DNA of 64,000 nucleotides from an uncultured bacterium (GTDB lineage Bacteria; Chlamydiota; Chlamydiia; Chlamydiales; SM23-39): NCBI GenBank assembly GCA_964351495.1, contig CAYGOC010000008.1, positions 15,408 to 79,407 of the forward strand, read 5' to 3'. Shown piece by piece: positions 63,938 to 64,000 of this stretch (position 1 is its first letter; each line of letters starts with the position of its first letter). The notes under the pieces were generated by a model. It saw only the letters and a program-made list of their open reading frames with translations, ran no database searches and was not told where the DNA came from. The position numbers and the translations under genes were made by a program.

Positions 63938-64000
63938 GTATGCAAAAAAGATACGACCTTTCCCTTTTTCAAAAAAAAGAGAGACCTTTTCTTTTGCAAA

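Noticed and set aside
1-64000. Search for CRISPR arrays, rRNA, IS elements, integrases, and phage or plasmid genes.
   Set aside because: I found no regularly spaced direct repeats, no rRNA-like sequence and no transposase, integrase or recombinase motifs in any ORF. The two tRNAs have no flanking mobile genes.

Overview
This is a 64-kb chromosomal window from a low-GC member of the Chlamydiota, a chlamydia-like obligate intracellular bacterium. The taxon call rests on a chlamydial-type DnaK, an Npt1/NTT ADP/ATP translocase, the T3SS export-gate genes sctU-sctV, and a ytgABCD metal ABC operon with a YtgC-YtgR (DtxR-like) fusion. Gene order also matches Chlamydia trachomatis blocks. The locus tags below are quoted from memory and need checking:
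- infB-rbfA-truB-ribF-ychF-sctU-sctV (CT096-CT090)
- ftsK-yycJ (CT739-738)
- serS-VIT-like-zntA (CT729-727)
- hrcA-grpE-dnaK (CT394-396)
- rseP-dxr-ytgDCBA-x-npt1-lepA-gnd (CT072-CT063)
- amiA-murE-ftsI-ftsL-rsmH ... dnaA (CT268-275)

I support about 50 CDS, 2 tRNAs (His-GUG, Arg-CCU), a CIRCE operator and several hairpin terminators. I found no rRNA, CRISPR array, transposase, integrase or phage genes.

The unusual content sits in lineage-specific inserts between the syntenic blocks:
1. A tandem array of five fast-diverging, signal-less paralogs between lepA and gnd (49981-53158). One copy carries an in-frame TAG.
2. Two tandem membrane-anchored paralogs with F-box-like segments next to yycJ (11090-13917). 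Their ends are conserved and their centres are divergent.
3. A translationally coupled operon encoding a 532-aa polytopic membrane protein and a 1463-aa protein with no domain I recognise (29456-35438).
4. A cluster of DnaA-box-like 9-mers and phased GTGGA repeats at the divergent mraZ / dnaA-side intergenic region (about 60901-61191). This is a candidate oriC and/or MraZ operator.

Smaller oddities:
- AT-hooks on a UPF0158-like protein
- a 1021-aa 'large' NAD-glutamate dehydrogenase
- a P1B-4-signature ATPase coupled to a VIT-family gene
- a RibF with a degenerate kinase module
- an orphan ORF with a weak USP-like framework

All functional calls come from reading the translated ORFs by eye. 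No database search was run.
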